Shown: positions 23,701 through 35,953, counted from the stretch's first letter. The stretch is DNA of 53,926 bases from Klebsormidium nitens (GCA_000708835.1 DF237543.1:1-53926); one strand, 5' to 3'. Notes: generated by a model not told the origin, from the sequence alone. Translations and numbers: made by a program.

Positions 23701-26700
23701 AAATATCAGCAAGCAAAACACGACCACAGAACGCTAGCTCGCTGACTTGGTTTAGCGATAGTATACTCTAGCAAAAAGCTCCTGCACTAATACTGAAACC
23801 TAACCCACAGAATCACCCGCTCCGCACCCGACCCACCCTAAACCCCAAACTAACCCTACCCGTCTCAGGCTGATTACCTTACTATTGCTAAGGCTTACTA
23901 TTGCTGAAGTGAAGATTCTTGGTCAGCACTGAGTTGCAGGGCCAGGAAGGCGAAAATGGTGGGGAGAAAACAGCTCAAGGAAAGTTGAACTGTCAAACGA
24001 CAATTTTGAGACACGTGGACTGCTCACCTGGTATTCGGACGACAGCTGGAAGCCCGGCTTCAAAATCTGCTCCACAATGTGTTCCATGAGTCCGAATTGT
24101 GCAATGTACTCTTGGTGACGGGGATCGGAGCCGCGCATGAACACCTCGATGCAGGAGGCCAGCCAAAACCTGCGATAATAGCAGGGCAAAATGGGTCAAG
24201 ATGTTGTCCCAACAAAGTCTCCTTTGATGCACATGCTTCTGCGCGAGGCGGCTTCTGTGAGTGTGCACCGCCGGTGGCAGCAGTTGAGAAGTGCAAAGGC
24301 CCACATGCGGGCCGCAAAGAGAGCAGCGAAAGCAGTGGACATTGCTGGCCCCATTTTCCTCTCGACAACGAGGCATAGCACGGTGTCACGCAACCATCAA
24401 ATAACCGAGCAGATTCTCCGTGGGGCCTACTGTTGAAGGCTATCTCCGCACCCTTTCTCTTGCACGCAGAAAAGGAAATGTATACATAGGAAGAGTGGGC
24501 TCTCAGCATATTTTGGACGTACCAAGATACAACCGCAGAAAGACAACTTCACAACGACGCGGCACGATAGAACCTCTCACCTGAAACTAGACGCGGCCGT
24601 CTGCTTCATCAGCGTCCGCACAATACTCGCCATGAGCCCCTCGTCCTCCCCGCGCGCCGATGTGCTTGCTTCTCCTTCTGTCCGTCTGCCGAAAGCCTCT
24701 CTTACCCGCTCTCTCATTGACAAACCGCTCCCCCCCTCCGTTTTTGGCTTGGCAGCCACCCCCCCGACCGGAAACCAGGCCTCGCCACTGCTCTGTGTTT
24801 CCGGGGTCGTTGCGCTATTCCCCCAGGGTCGACTCCTCCCCCCAGGTTCGTTGTCTGCCCAGTTACCGTCCGCCACGTCATCACCCGCCACGTCAGCATC
24901 CGTTGACTCGCTCAATGCCGTCCGATCAGAAAAGTCAGCACGCGACGCATCTTCATTTTCCTCCGTCACGTTCTCGTCGAAACCCTCGTGATGCGCACCG
25001 ACGACCGAGCTCTTGGAGCGCGGTTTGGACGCGGGTGGTGAGCCGTTTGGAGAGGCGGACGGCTCTTCTGGGAGCGTTTGTGGGAGGACGAAGAGGGCCT
25101 TGTTGGCGCGGTTGTCGCCGTTGCGATCGCACAGGCTGTGCACCATCTTCAGCAGCTGCACTTTCATCGTCTGCACAGCATCAAGAAACTTTGGTCTTAA
25201 TCGGTTCGGCAAACTGTTTATCACCTGAATTTGTTTTTGTACAACGTCAAACTATCTCAATTCACTTCGTACATCTCATTTCCTTGGTTGTTCGGGCCTG
25301 GTGGGTGACTCACGAGACCAGAAAGCTTACCAAGAAAAGGCCTTGACGGGAATGCCGCTACAATTAGTCGGGGGAACTTTTTCATACCACTGATAGATGA
25401 GAAGGTAGGCGCATTCGGCTACTGTGGCAATCCTCAACAAAGGCTGGGGTGAACTTTGCGGGACAAAAATCCTGCGGCTACTGTCCGAGTCTGATAACGA
25501 TCCGAATGTTTACCTTCACCTTTGGAGAGGCACAGTAGAAGCTATAACTTCCCTTGGTCAACGAAACTGGTCATAGTAGGAAAAGCACGGATCCGACCAA
25601 CGAGCAACACGTCACTCACCATCTCGGGGTTGCACTCGCAGCCCGGCCCGTGCAGGCCGTGCGACTCCTGGGGCCCTGTCGGGGCGGCCAAGCTCCAGTC
25701 CAAGCCGTTGAAAAGGTCCTTGAGCACCGGGACGAGGCCCAGCCGCGCCAGCTCGTCCTGCATGCGCACCGCCTCGCGGCCCTCGCACATCGAGCAGAAC
25801 ATGAACAGGATCTCCACCTTGTACTGCGCACAACGAGAGAAGGGAGGTGAGTCAGTTAGGATTCAATTTTCTCTGAGTTTTCGTTTTTCTCGGCTCATGA
25901 AGGAACTAAAGCATGGACGCTGGGCCCAAATTTCCTTCTTGTTCTGCACACAACGGGTAAGTGGGGTGAGACAATTAGCCGCTGCTGCTATGTCAAGCAA
26001 AGTTCCAAACGACGCAGACGACAGACTGGAGGAGACTATGAGGAAGGAACTGGAGAGTCGACGGAAGCCCTGTTCATGCGCAGAGGAAAGACGCGAGGAA
26101 TTAGACCATTCGGAAGATGTAGAGATAATGCAAAAGGACAGCTCCTTGAGATCCACAACAAAAAGATACTGATCAACGGCATTTCCGAGTTAGTAGGCTT
26201 AAGGGAGCCCCAAGGTTGGAACTTCCCAGAACATGAGACGACCCAATAACTTGGTCAAACACCTCAAAAGATCGTGACAACCCCAAAAGCCACCTGCCAA
26301 GTCTGCTGCTCCTTCGAGGGCTGCTAAACGTTCTAGTGTGCCTCCCCCTCTCTTGCTGGCGCCCTTTAGAGTTTCCAGCACCCCAGAAAAGCACTACCCT
26401 CACGTTCACACGGCCTCAAGCCCCGAACCAAAGTCACGAAAGTAGACGCAGTGCGAAAACACTAGATCCTGAACCCGAACCTGAACCAAAATTAAAGCCA
26501 AAAGTAAACAACCACCTGCCACGCCTGCTGCTCCATCGTGCGCTGCATCTCCCGCTGCACGTCCTTTGGCGCGACCCCTCTGTTTCTATTTCAAACCCCA
26601 ACCTTGAGAGCTTCAGACTGTTTCAAAATTGCAGATGCCCATATCTTCTAGAAGATACAAAACCCCCGAACCAAAACAGCAAACCTCGAACCCACCTGCC

Positions 26701-29700
26701 ATGCTTGCTGCTCCATGGTGCGCTGCGTCTCCCATTGCACGTCCTCCGACGCGTCTCCCTCTGCTTTCCATCTCTACGCAATTTTCGTTTAACGCAAACT
26801 TCAACGCAATCGTGAGAACTCACAAGGCCTAAAAGCCCAGAAATTCAAGCAGAACAAGGAACCCAGACCCACCTGCCACGCCTGTTGCTCCATAGTGCGC
26901 TGCATCTCCCGCTGCACGTCCTCCGGCGCGTCCCCCTCCGGCTCCTCGCCCGCCGCTGCTGCAGGGTCTACCACGATCTCGAGGGTATTCGCACCGCCTG
27001 CGCCATGCGCGATGCGGGCCCCCGTCAGACCCCCCCGCATCAAGCGGATAAGCGTTTGCACCTCAGGGGGGGCGCCGTGCTCGATTGTGGGGTGCGTGCG
27101 CAGGAGGGGCTGGAGGGTCTCTGTCAGGAACTCGCTGAAGGTCACGTCCTGCAAGGAAGAGGAATAGGATCGTAGCTGTCAAAACCCAGGCGCTGGTCAT
27201 ATAGGGCTTTCAGGTTTCCTAGAATTCCGCATTCAAGAGGGTGCGATTGAGCTTGGGGTAGAGTACAGTCATTGAATTTAACAGACTCGACAGAGGAAAC
27301 AACTGCAAGTCAAGTTCTTACGAGAGACAGGAGCCCAGATCAAGAGAGGGGTTCGGACAGTCTCGGATGTGTGCAAGACTCCAGATTGTCGACCGGAAAA
27401 TAAGCCGGAATCAATTGCCAGAATCAAACAGATCATGGGCTTCTGAACAATGTAAGAGAACAGTACCTTAGGGTAAGATGAGACTCAGGACTCACCGAGT
27501 TGACCTTTTTCGAACCCAGCAGCTTCACGAGGCGCGCAAGCAGGCCAGGAAGTTCTATCAGCAGGGCGTGGTTGCGCTCCGAAAGCGAGGCCGTATCTTC
27601 CGCGTTCAGAAAGACTTGCTCGAGGTCGCCCGTGAGAGGCTTAGCCACCGACCAGCGGGACGGCGGACGGGTCCAGTCGACCAGGCTCGAGTCGGTCACC
27701 TTCTCAATCGGATCCCGGTAGTCCTGCAAAAAAAAGGGTTATTCTCTGAAGGGAATGATGACACGAAGCAAAGAAAGGACAAAGGCCGTCACCTTTTCAG
27801 CCGGCACTAAATAGTTCGACACACCTTCGACCCCAAAATCACAAGCAGGATTGCAATTTAACCAACCATTCTTGGAGCTTCGAAGACTACCAGCCAAGTG
27901 CTGGTCATAGTACACGAACCCAGATCCTAACAATGGAAGATACTCGGATCAGAAAATATAAGACTGAAGAAGAGCAAACTCAATCAGTGCCGCACCTCGG
28001 GCCCTGAAACGGTGAGCGTGAGGAGGCGGCAGAAGACCGTGAGCTGCTCGTCACTGAAGCTGGCAACCAGTTCCGCAAAGTGGGGCACGTTGCGCAGGTC
28101 CAGCTGCTTGTCGCGGTAGCCAACCATCTCCTCCGCTAAGCCGAGCGCTGGAGACGCAATAGACGGGATTATTGTTTTGCTAATGCGAAGTCTGTCCTTG
28201 TTCCTCTTAGCATCATAGAATGAAAGGGTTGTATTGTGTTCCAAGTTGGACACGTATGGACACAAGCAGTCCAGCTGCTCGTCGTTGTGACCTGCCATCT
28301 CTTCCGCCAGGCCACGTGCTGGAAAGACGAGAGGGGAGACGTTAGACTCAATAGGATACAATCGCTGGGCCTTTAAGTAGGTAAGATGTGGGGGCACTTA
28401 AGCTGCTTCTGAAGCAGACAGGTATACATGCAAAACGTGAAAAGCGTGGCATAAAGACAGTACTAGCAACCGTGATTGAGAACTCAAGCAGCGCAGCCGT
28501 TCCCGTGATTTCATGGAGAAAGATAAATCAGAATGGGGGTTGGATGTGTGATGAATTGGCTGGGCTGTGTGTGAATGAAAGGATTAAATGGCTGGTAAGT
28601 AAAAAGCAGCATGAGAAAGTTTTGATTGCTTTCAGTATACAACATAGACTGGGAAGGTCATTCCCAAGATCAGAGCCCTTGACCGGACACATTGAACTAC
28701 ATAAGCAAAAAACGAAGCCCGAAGATCAGTCAGAACAAGTCCCATCTAGTGCACCTGGCAACAGGTCTTCTCGTTCAAAACCTCATCTAACATCACTTCA
28801 ACTAACTCGCCCACAGAACAGAGAAAGTTCACTGCATATTTGAAAGACCCAGTCTATTATGAGAATTGTAGATCCAATGGGAAGCAGGCAGAAAGCAAGG
28901 AAGTAGCATGAGCACAACTCTTGCATAACGGTCAAGGATCATAGTGTCCAGACGCAGGCTGCTTTTAGCAGGCACCCCGGTGTCAACTCGTCTTGAAATG
29001 CCTAGATCCAGCCGCGAACGCCCTCAAAAAGCAAGTTGTACTGTCAGACATTGGAACGAATGCAAAGAGGCAGACCCACCTGGCGTGAAGAGCTCCTTGG
29101 TGTGCATGCTCTTGAACAGGAACATGAGCAGATCGTCATCCCAGCACAGGCTCTCAAGGCACGTCCGGCTTGCATAGCACAAATCCTGCAGCGTCTGGAG
29201 GCACAACGCTTGTAGCTGGAGCATCGTCGCGCGCTCGCCGCCCCAGTGCCGCCTCCCCCCGTCCTTCTCTTGGCCCCCGACCCGGTCCGTAATCAGAAGA
29301 ATCTTCACAAGGAGCATATCCCCCCGGAGCAGCAGAAACGCGTCCCGGTTCTCAACGAACTCCGCACAGACCATCTCAGATATAAGTTCGCGCACCGCCG
29401 ACACGACCTTGAGGCACGACGCCTGCTTGAACTTGACGGTCCGCCGCTCGAGCTTCTCGCACAGCCAGGCCATGTTCTTCTTGGGGCCCCCCCGGCCCCG
29501 TCCCTTTGGGACCTTCAGCCGCTTGCACACCTCGCGCGGGAGCTTGCGCGCCACCCAGGGGGCGCGCCCTGTCTGCTGCGCTTGCATCAGCGTCGACAGG
29601 AACCGGTTCCTTGACTGCATCGTAGGGTTTTCTGCGGCGATTGCTGATGACTCTTCCAGCGTCACATCTTGCATGCTCGACTCCAAGTCGGTCACTGAGT

Positions 29701-29806
29701 CGGGCGCCGCCTCGGGAGCCCCTCGCCGCAGGAACGCCATGATGGTGGTCCACAGTGTTGCGACCATGCGGTTCCAGAGACTCGCCCTGACGGCGGGCAT
29801 CTTCAA
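20780..29806 (-). CDS. TRPC4AP: TRPC4AP/TRUSS-like protein (CUL4-DDB1 substrate adaptor family), ~1031 aa
   Basis: Exons 29806-29080, 28147-27996, 27723-27496, 27148-26873, 25823-25620, 25170-24581, 24169-24028, 23347-23126, 22651-22418, 21839-21613, 20873-20780 (last exon less certain); phases consistent. Collinear blocks match animal TRPC4AP as recalled: KVEILFMFC, HGPGCECNPE-MKVQLLK, SSFRFWLASCIEVFMRG, FDLLSELVKFN, LVDTNVFIRS, VTQDNMCVVNTSL, NFRSLLEYW..YY, IEYSTNVPFREW. Confidence 0.88.
21255..21700 (-). repeat. Degenerate triplication of a TRPC4AP exon end and 5' splice site (junctions at 21613, 21442, 21267)
   Basis: CGCGACTC..TC.AT.GA.TA.TC.ACCAACGT.CCGTT.CGGGAGTG|GTGAG recurs at spacings of 171 and 175 bp; the third copy is more degraded. 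Confidence 0.88.
26505..26940 (-). repeat. Triplicated TRPC4AP exon end and 5' splice site (junctions at 26873, 26696, 26516)
   Basis: GGACGTGCA...GAG..GCAGCGCAC.ATGGAGCA.CA.GC.TGGCAG|GTGG recurs at spacings of 177 and 180 bp. Confidence 0.92.
28040..28335 (-). repeat. Duplicated TRPC4AP 3' splice site and exon start (true 28147, echo 28318)
   Basis: TCCAG|C.C..GGC.T.GCGGA.GAGATGG recurs 171 bp apart; it encodes LGLAEEMVG..DKQLD versus RGLAEEMAG..DEQLD. Confidence 0.85.
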
Positions 29807-31979
29807 ATGCCGTCAGGCCGCGCGGTGTCGGTCAACTGGAAGCCAACACAAGGTGAGTATTAAGGTTCGTCCCTGAACCCTAAGATCCCTGGAGTAACTA
29901 GCGGAGGTTTTGATAACCACAAAAAAATCGGCTACAGTCATTTGATTACATCTTGCCGGCGAAGGCACGCCACTCCTGCTCGTGTCGAGACGTGCCATGA
30001 AGCTGAATTTAGCATGAGGTCAGCTGTTTCAAAGTACACGTGCTCCAATGAGACTGGCACTCAAACCAATCACTTTTCAATGGCCAGCGAGGGCTGAGCC
30101 TTTCCAAACCACCGTGTGAAAGCAGTAGTCCTACCCAGCCGCTGCTGAAAGAGTTTCAGGAGAATCCTTGAAACAGTCTTCAAACATTCACCCTGAACGA
30201 AGAGCATACAGAGGGCGTTTGTGAAGAATATGGGGCCCTCACCTGCCAGCGTCCCAGGCGCAGATGGGTAGCAAGAGGCTCAGATCCGTCTTCGCTGCCG
30301 CACCATGGCAAAATGTTCGTTCAAGAGCGCCCTCAACAACTTCAAAGCTCGGGAATCAGCGATGACCTCTAGCTGCGGCCTGCCATTTGGAGCCAGCTCC
30401 AGCTTTGCATGCAGCTTGCAAGAAAGGAGTACGAGTATGTTGAATTCAGAAGTTAAGAAGCGTACGATGTCTCAATCTAGGAACTTTGGACCGTGCAGAT
30501 TGCCGCGCACTCCATCGAACTCCGTCGGGCAACAAGGCACTGTAATGTTTGCTCCGGCATTCTTCTTATTATACGCACGCCTAGTTCTCAAATCTATCGA
30601 GCAGGCGACTGTCAGAGTCGAAGTCCAAACACCTTGTCGCCGCAGCTGGCATTTGAGGCATAATCCTCTCCGATGCATTGGAAAACATTTTAACTGCTCC
30701 CCAAACAGAAAAAGGTTCGGCAATGTCCCGGTCGTATCCTACTTGGTCAGTAAAGGGTTGGCGCTCACGGTTCCTGGTCGGGGTTTGGTCAATGGCGCGC
30801 CCGGTTACGAGAACGTCAGCTGAATTCCGGAGAGGATGCACCTTCAAGAGTTTGTAACAGCACCAAGGCAAGAGTGCTGATCAGGCAAGGCTGCTCTAGC
30901 AATCTGTGCACAAATCCTCTTGAGCAGGCTCCACATTCAGGGCGCCCGTTGCAGCGCGCTTCCCTTCGGCAAGCCAGCAGCTTGTCTTCTCCCTTGAGGC
31001 TTCTGTGATCTAACAGGTAACTTCGCATTTCCTTGTTCCCCCAGCAATTGGGCTGAGCTGTGCTTTTTGCGAGGAAGCTTGGGTGTTGACTCAATTCTTG
31101 TAATCTTTGTCGGGACCTGCGTTGATTCTTCTCAGCTTGTCAAGCTCGAGTTTTGTTGAGAAAAGAAATCAAATGGTCCCACCGTTTTAGGTAGGCAGCT
31201 GTTAGAGATGTTTTGAACTTCGTCTGTCTAGACGTCAGATTGAGGCTACATTCTTTGCTAGCAAATTAGGTATTCGAGCTGCATGTATTCAGAGTGCAAG
31301 AAGGTCGTTTGAAAAATGAGTTTGAGAAAGGGACTGAAGCAAGCTTGATGCAGATCTACTAATATTTGGTTCTGGCCAGGATACGAAGAGTACATGTGCC
31401 AGCTCGAGGTTGGCTAGATCTGCACGCAATTGGATAGATCTGATTGTTTCTTCTGTCAAGGGAAAGATCAGTTATAAATCCTGTTCAGCAGCTTTACCAC
31501 AATATTGGTAATGGATTAGGCAGGTTCTGGTGTCCTTTCTTAGCACTTGGTATTCCAATTGGCTTTGATTGAATGCGGACTTGAGTTATTCAGCTTCTTC
31601 ATGGACACATGCATAGATTGCTTAGTCCCTCTGCTCCAAGTATTGGATCCTTATCTCACATTTGCATCTTGGCGAAATCCCTGCAACTCCTTCACTTGGT
31701 GGTAATGGTGTTTTGATGCATCTATTTTGATGCATTTTGCATGTAAGTAGTCCAGTTCATTGAGAGTCTATCTTATCTGGACCAGTGGCTGTGACCGGGT
31801 TGCATCTTTGTATGTGAGTGCTCTCATTTTTATGCAGAGTTTGTCTGTATCCTTTGTGTCTTCCCCTTGACTTTTCACGGTGCACAGGATCTCTTGCATG
31901 AAGATCTACACTTTGGACTATAGAATTCACAAAAGTGGTTCTAACAGCGGTGTCGTTCTTTGATTGCAGATCATTCAAG

Positions 31980-34069
31980 ATGGCTGATCAGAAGCCTCAG
32001 AAGGCCAAGGGTGTGCAGGGCTTTGCGGTGGATTTCCTCATGGGGGGAGTCTCCGCTGCCGTGTCTAAGACTGCTGCTGCCCCCATCGAGCGCGTCAAGC
32101 TGCTGATCCAGAACCAGGATGAGATGATCAAGCAGGGTCGCCTCGCGTCCCCCTACAAGGGCATCGGTGACTGCTTCAGGAGGACTGTCCAGGCTGAGGG
32201 CGCGATCTCGCTGTGGCGTGGAAACACTGCCAACGTCATCCGTTACTTCCCCACCCAGGCCCTCAACTTTGCGTTCAAGGACTACTTCAAGAAGACTCTC
32301 GGCGCTCCCAAGGGCTCCTCATACGGCAGGGTGTTCGCTGGAAACATTGCCTCTGGAGGTGCTGCCGGTGCTGCCTCTCTTGCCTTCGTCTACTCCCTTG
32401 ATTACGCCCGTACCCGTCTTGCCAACGATGCAAAGTCTTCCAAGAAGGGAGGAGGCGACCGCCAGTTCAATGGCCTGGTTGATGTTTACAGGTGGGTCGA
32501 ATCGGCCATATCTTTAAGGCTTGATGAAGAAGGCGGGAAGTCTTCGTGTTTTTGGATAGGATGAGGAACATTTTTCAAGTTTTGCTTTTGGCTGTGTCTC
32601 TGGCGTTAGGGTTCTGGACAAGGGTTGATTAACGTCATCAATGCTTTCCAGAGGGGATGGTCATTATTTCCTTACAATTGATCATAGGCATCACTGCCAA
32701 CCCTTGATCAGGTTTACAGCCATGTAGCCACCTAGATCTGGCTCCAGATATATCTGGTTGATTCTAATGAGAGCAAGTGTCAAAAATTTCCAGGCCCTCT
32801 TGTGTTGCACTGGACACAAGCAGGCCAGCAACGAATGCAAGCCGGCTAGGCTCAGGCCTACTGAGGCTCGTGTGTAATCCGTTTGTCAGAGCCTTTGTAT
32901 TTGCTCCATTTGAAGGCGAACATTGTTTGCCTGCACAAGCTGGAACTGTGCCAGAGAATCTGTCATTCTCGTCAGAAGTCAAGTATCTACTCCAAAGCGA
33001 TGCTGCTAAATTACACGCGCCGCATCCTGCTCTAGTGATGGAAGAGTTGGGCTGCATCTATTTCCAAGGTATTATGGCGGCACAGTTTGCAAGCGGCAAC
33101 TTTATCAGACTCGTTTCATCTATTTGATGGACGTTGCCGTTCGACATTGAATTCAAGCACTTGTCCTGTCGGCTCGAGTTTAATCTTGCCCCTGATACCA
33201 ACCACTCCAGGGGCAAGACTAAACTTCTTTTATTCAAGTTCATCAAAAAAAAAAAAAAAAACTATCTACTCAAAAATTGATTCACTCCATCGGTTTGCAG
33301 GAAGACCCTGGCCTCTGATGGTATCGCGGGGCTCTACCGTGGGTTCAACATCTCGTGCGTTGGGATCGTCGTGTACCGCGGCCTCTACTTCGGGCTGTAC
33401 GACTCGCTCAAGCCCATTGTCCTCACCGGCAGCCTGCGCGACAACTTTGGCGCCAACTTCCTGCTGGGGTGGGGTGTGACTATCACCGCCGGGCTGGCTT
33501 CCTACCCCATTGACACCGTCAGGAGACGAATGATGATGACGTCAGGCGAGGCCGTCAAGTATGCGAGCTCTCTGGCCGCCTTCAGGGAGATTGTTGCCAA
33601 GGAGGGCACCAAGTCGCTGTTCAAGGGCGCGGGCGCCAACATCCTGCGTGCGGTGGCGGGTGCCGGTGTGCTGTCCGGATACGACCAGCTGCAGATTCTG
33701 CTCTTCGGCAAGGCCTATTCTGGAGGAAGTGAGTGGCGGAGTGCTCTTGTTTCAGATTGTCAGGGTCTTGATCCTAAAGAGGATTCTTTGGCGGAAAGTT
33801 CTGATTTTGCATGTAGTAATGAATTGATGTTCTGCTTTGTTACTAGCCAGTTGATCAATGCTCTTATGCAGTTGTCAACCCAGGTATTGCATTCAAGCTT
33901 GTGGCTAGCTTATCTTCAGGGCTTGCATTTGAAGCCGCGGTTAACTTGTCCCTAGGTCTCCCTGATGTTTGCACGCTTCCCTTTGTGCAACCACGTTGGC
34001 TTAATCTGCATATGCCATTCCTCGCTGAAGTTGTGACTTACTGAATATCTGCTTACTGCAGGCGGTTAA
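31980..34069 (+). CDS. AAC: Mitochondrial ADP/ATP carrier (adenine nucleotide translocator), ~315 aa
   Basis: Exons 31980-32491, 33301-33728, 34062-34069. [64 protein letters not shown] and the AAC signature RRRMMM are present. Confidence 0.97.
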
Positions 34070-35060
34070 ATAAACAAGCGTGCAACAGACTGGCAGCCTA
34101 CAATGGTACAAGCAACAGGGCCGTATTCTGTGATGGATTTGCAGCGCATAGGTAAGACAATATCCGAGCAGAGCAGAGCAGAGGGAAGATACGTGGTGTT
34201 TCGCTGACTGGAATAAGTGCCCTCTACTTGGGGGAGGGGCAGGGGAGGTTCTGATGGGAGGATGGATGGAGAGAGCGCCATTGAGGCCACAACTTGACAG
34301 GTTGATGGTCAGCCTGATTGGGTTGATAGATCTGAGGTAGTGTTTGTGTTCTGTTTCCATATCTCAAAGTGCAATCATTTAAAGGGAGCTTGTTTTGGTA
34401 ACCATACAACAATCTCGATAGCAATATACCTTGGCATGGCTGTTCCGCTCGAGTTTCTCATGCTGTGAGTGGCATTTACGAGCAACCTCTGACGTCAATT
34501 TGTTACATGTGTCAGCCCAGGCTTGAGAGCTGGAATCTTGAAATTACCCGCAGGTAATTTGCTGCTGCACATGAGTGACGAACATGTAGAATTTAAGTAT
34601 TTAGGCGCTGAGCTATTATATGTCAAAGAATGATATATCCTACATGTCCCACAACATCACCATTAAAAGAGAACATCACCATGACGCCTCCTCATCATGG
34701 CAGTGGCTATTACTGAGGTTAAGTCTTAAGTCGGAATGACAGATTTGCCTTGGAACATAAAAATATAGGTAAATATGTCTTAATTGTGTATATGTACATG
34801 CACAAGACAGCCTCTGTCTCACTCTGTAAAAGCCCCCCATGTTTTTACTAAAAAGAGACTTTACATGAGGCCGCTCACAAAAACATGAATTGACGATCGT
34901 GATTAGCGAGCTAGCGCGACAGGCCCACCTATACCCTGGTGCGAACCATGTGACAAGCTCTAGCTCGCGCGAGCGCTTCCCGGATATGTGCGCAATATGT
35001 CGGATACTTTCTATACATTATTATACCAAGTTCAATGGCTACTCGCTCATATGATCCACA

Positions 35061-35953
35061 CACGGGACCGCTACGGCGCGACGCGCGGTTTTAGGTATTT
35101 GCGAGGTTCTACCTCGATACCCGGTCGGTCCTACCTGCAAATTACCTATTTATCGACCTCCGTAGACCTCCGATAGATCGGTGTTTCCTCGGCCGGATCG
35201 AGGATTTAAATTTCAATTTACCGACTCGGCGATACGGTGAACTGGGCCAATTCCTGTACGGAATATGACGTGGCCCCGCCCTACGACAAATTTTCGATCG
35301 CGACCGGACGGTCCCAACCGGGTGGTACCGCCCGTTGTTCCACCGTCCGGTGACAATTATGAGAGCATTATCGACGATTTGAATTAGTCGCTCAGGTACC
35401 TCAACAGGCGTTGGGGCTGGAGAGGCCCCGTTGCAGGTTAGAAGACCCACGGCCGGGACTGAAAAGTAGGTACACCATGAAAACACGGGGCCTCGAGTCA
35501 TGAGGAAGGAGGACCTTCGAGTTCCTTGCTGCCATGGCGTTTTACACCAAGGACGGAGCCACCATGGCCATGGCTTCCAATACCTCCTGGGATGGAGTTT
35601 GGGGAAAGGGGCGGAAAATTGGAAAGTTGCAACTCGATATTTACCCCTTGGACTACCTCCAACCAAGTGGACACCCCTGCCTCCTCTCGGATTTGCATGT
35701 TATATAGCTTCCTTCTTTGCTCGCATTTAGGGCCAAATTACCTTTTTCTAGACTTTTTTCCTAGGTTACAAAAATAATTCCAAGGTTTCTCCTCGGTGCG
35801 ATCGTACTCCGACCTCCGAATATCCAAATCTTTACCTCCGAAAACCGTCGATTTACCGTCGCGCGACCTGCGGACTTTCGGTCCGACCGAGGTAAACCGT
35901 AACTAAATTACGGTCGGACCGAGGTCCGCAAGTCGCGCCGTAGCGGTCCCGTG
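35061..35953. mobile_element. Non-autonomous TIR DNA transposon / MITE-like element (~893 bp), CAC...GTG termini
   Basis: Perfect 22-bp terminal inverted repeats CACGGGACCGCTACGGCGCGAC (35061-35082) and its reverse complement (35932-35953). CA flanks both ends (possible 2-bp TSD). Subterminal GACCTCCG and CGGTCGGACC motifs recur. No transposase is recognisable. Confidence 0.75.

Noticed and set aside
30305-30823. 172-aa ORF upstream of AAC as an N-terminal extension or separate gene
   Set aside because: No recognisable homology and no convincing phase-compatible donor to the 31970 acceptor.
33244-33261. Poly-A run in an AAC intron as a possible retroposon tail
   Set aside because: No TSD or SINE-like body upstream; probably a homopolymer.
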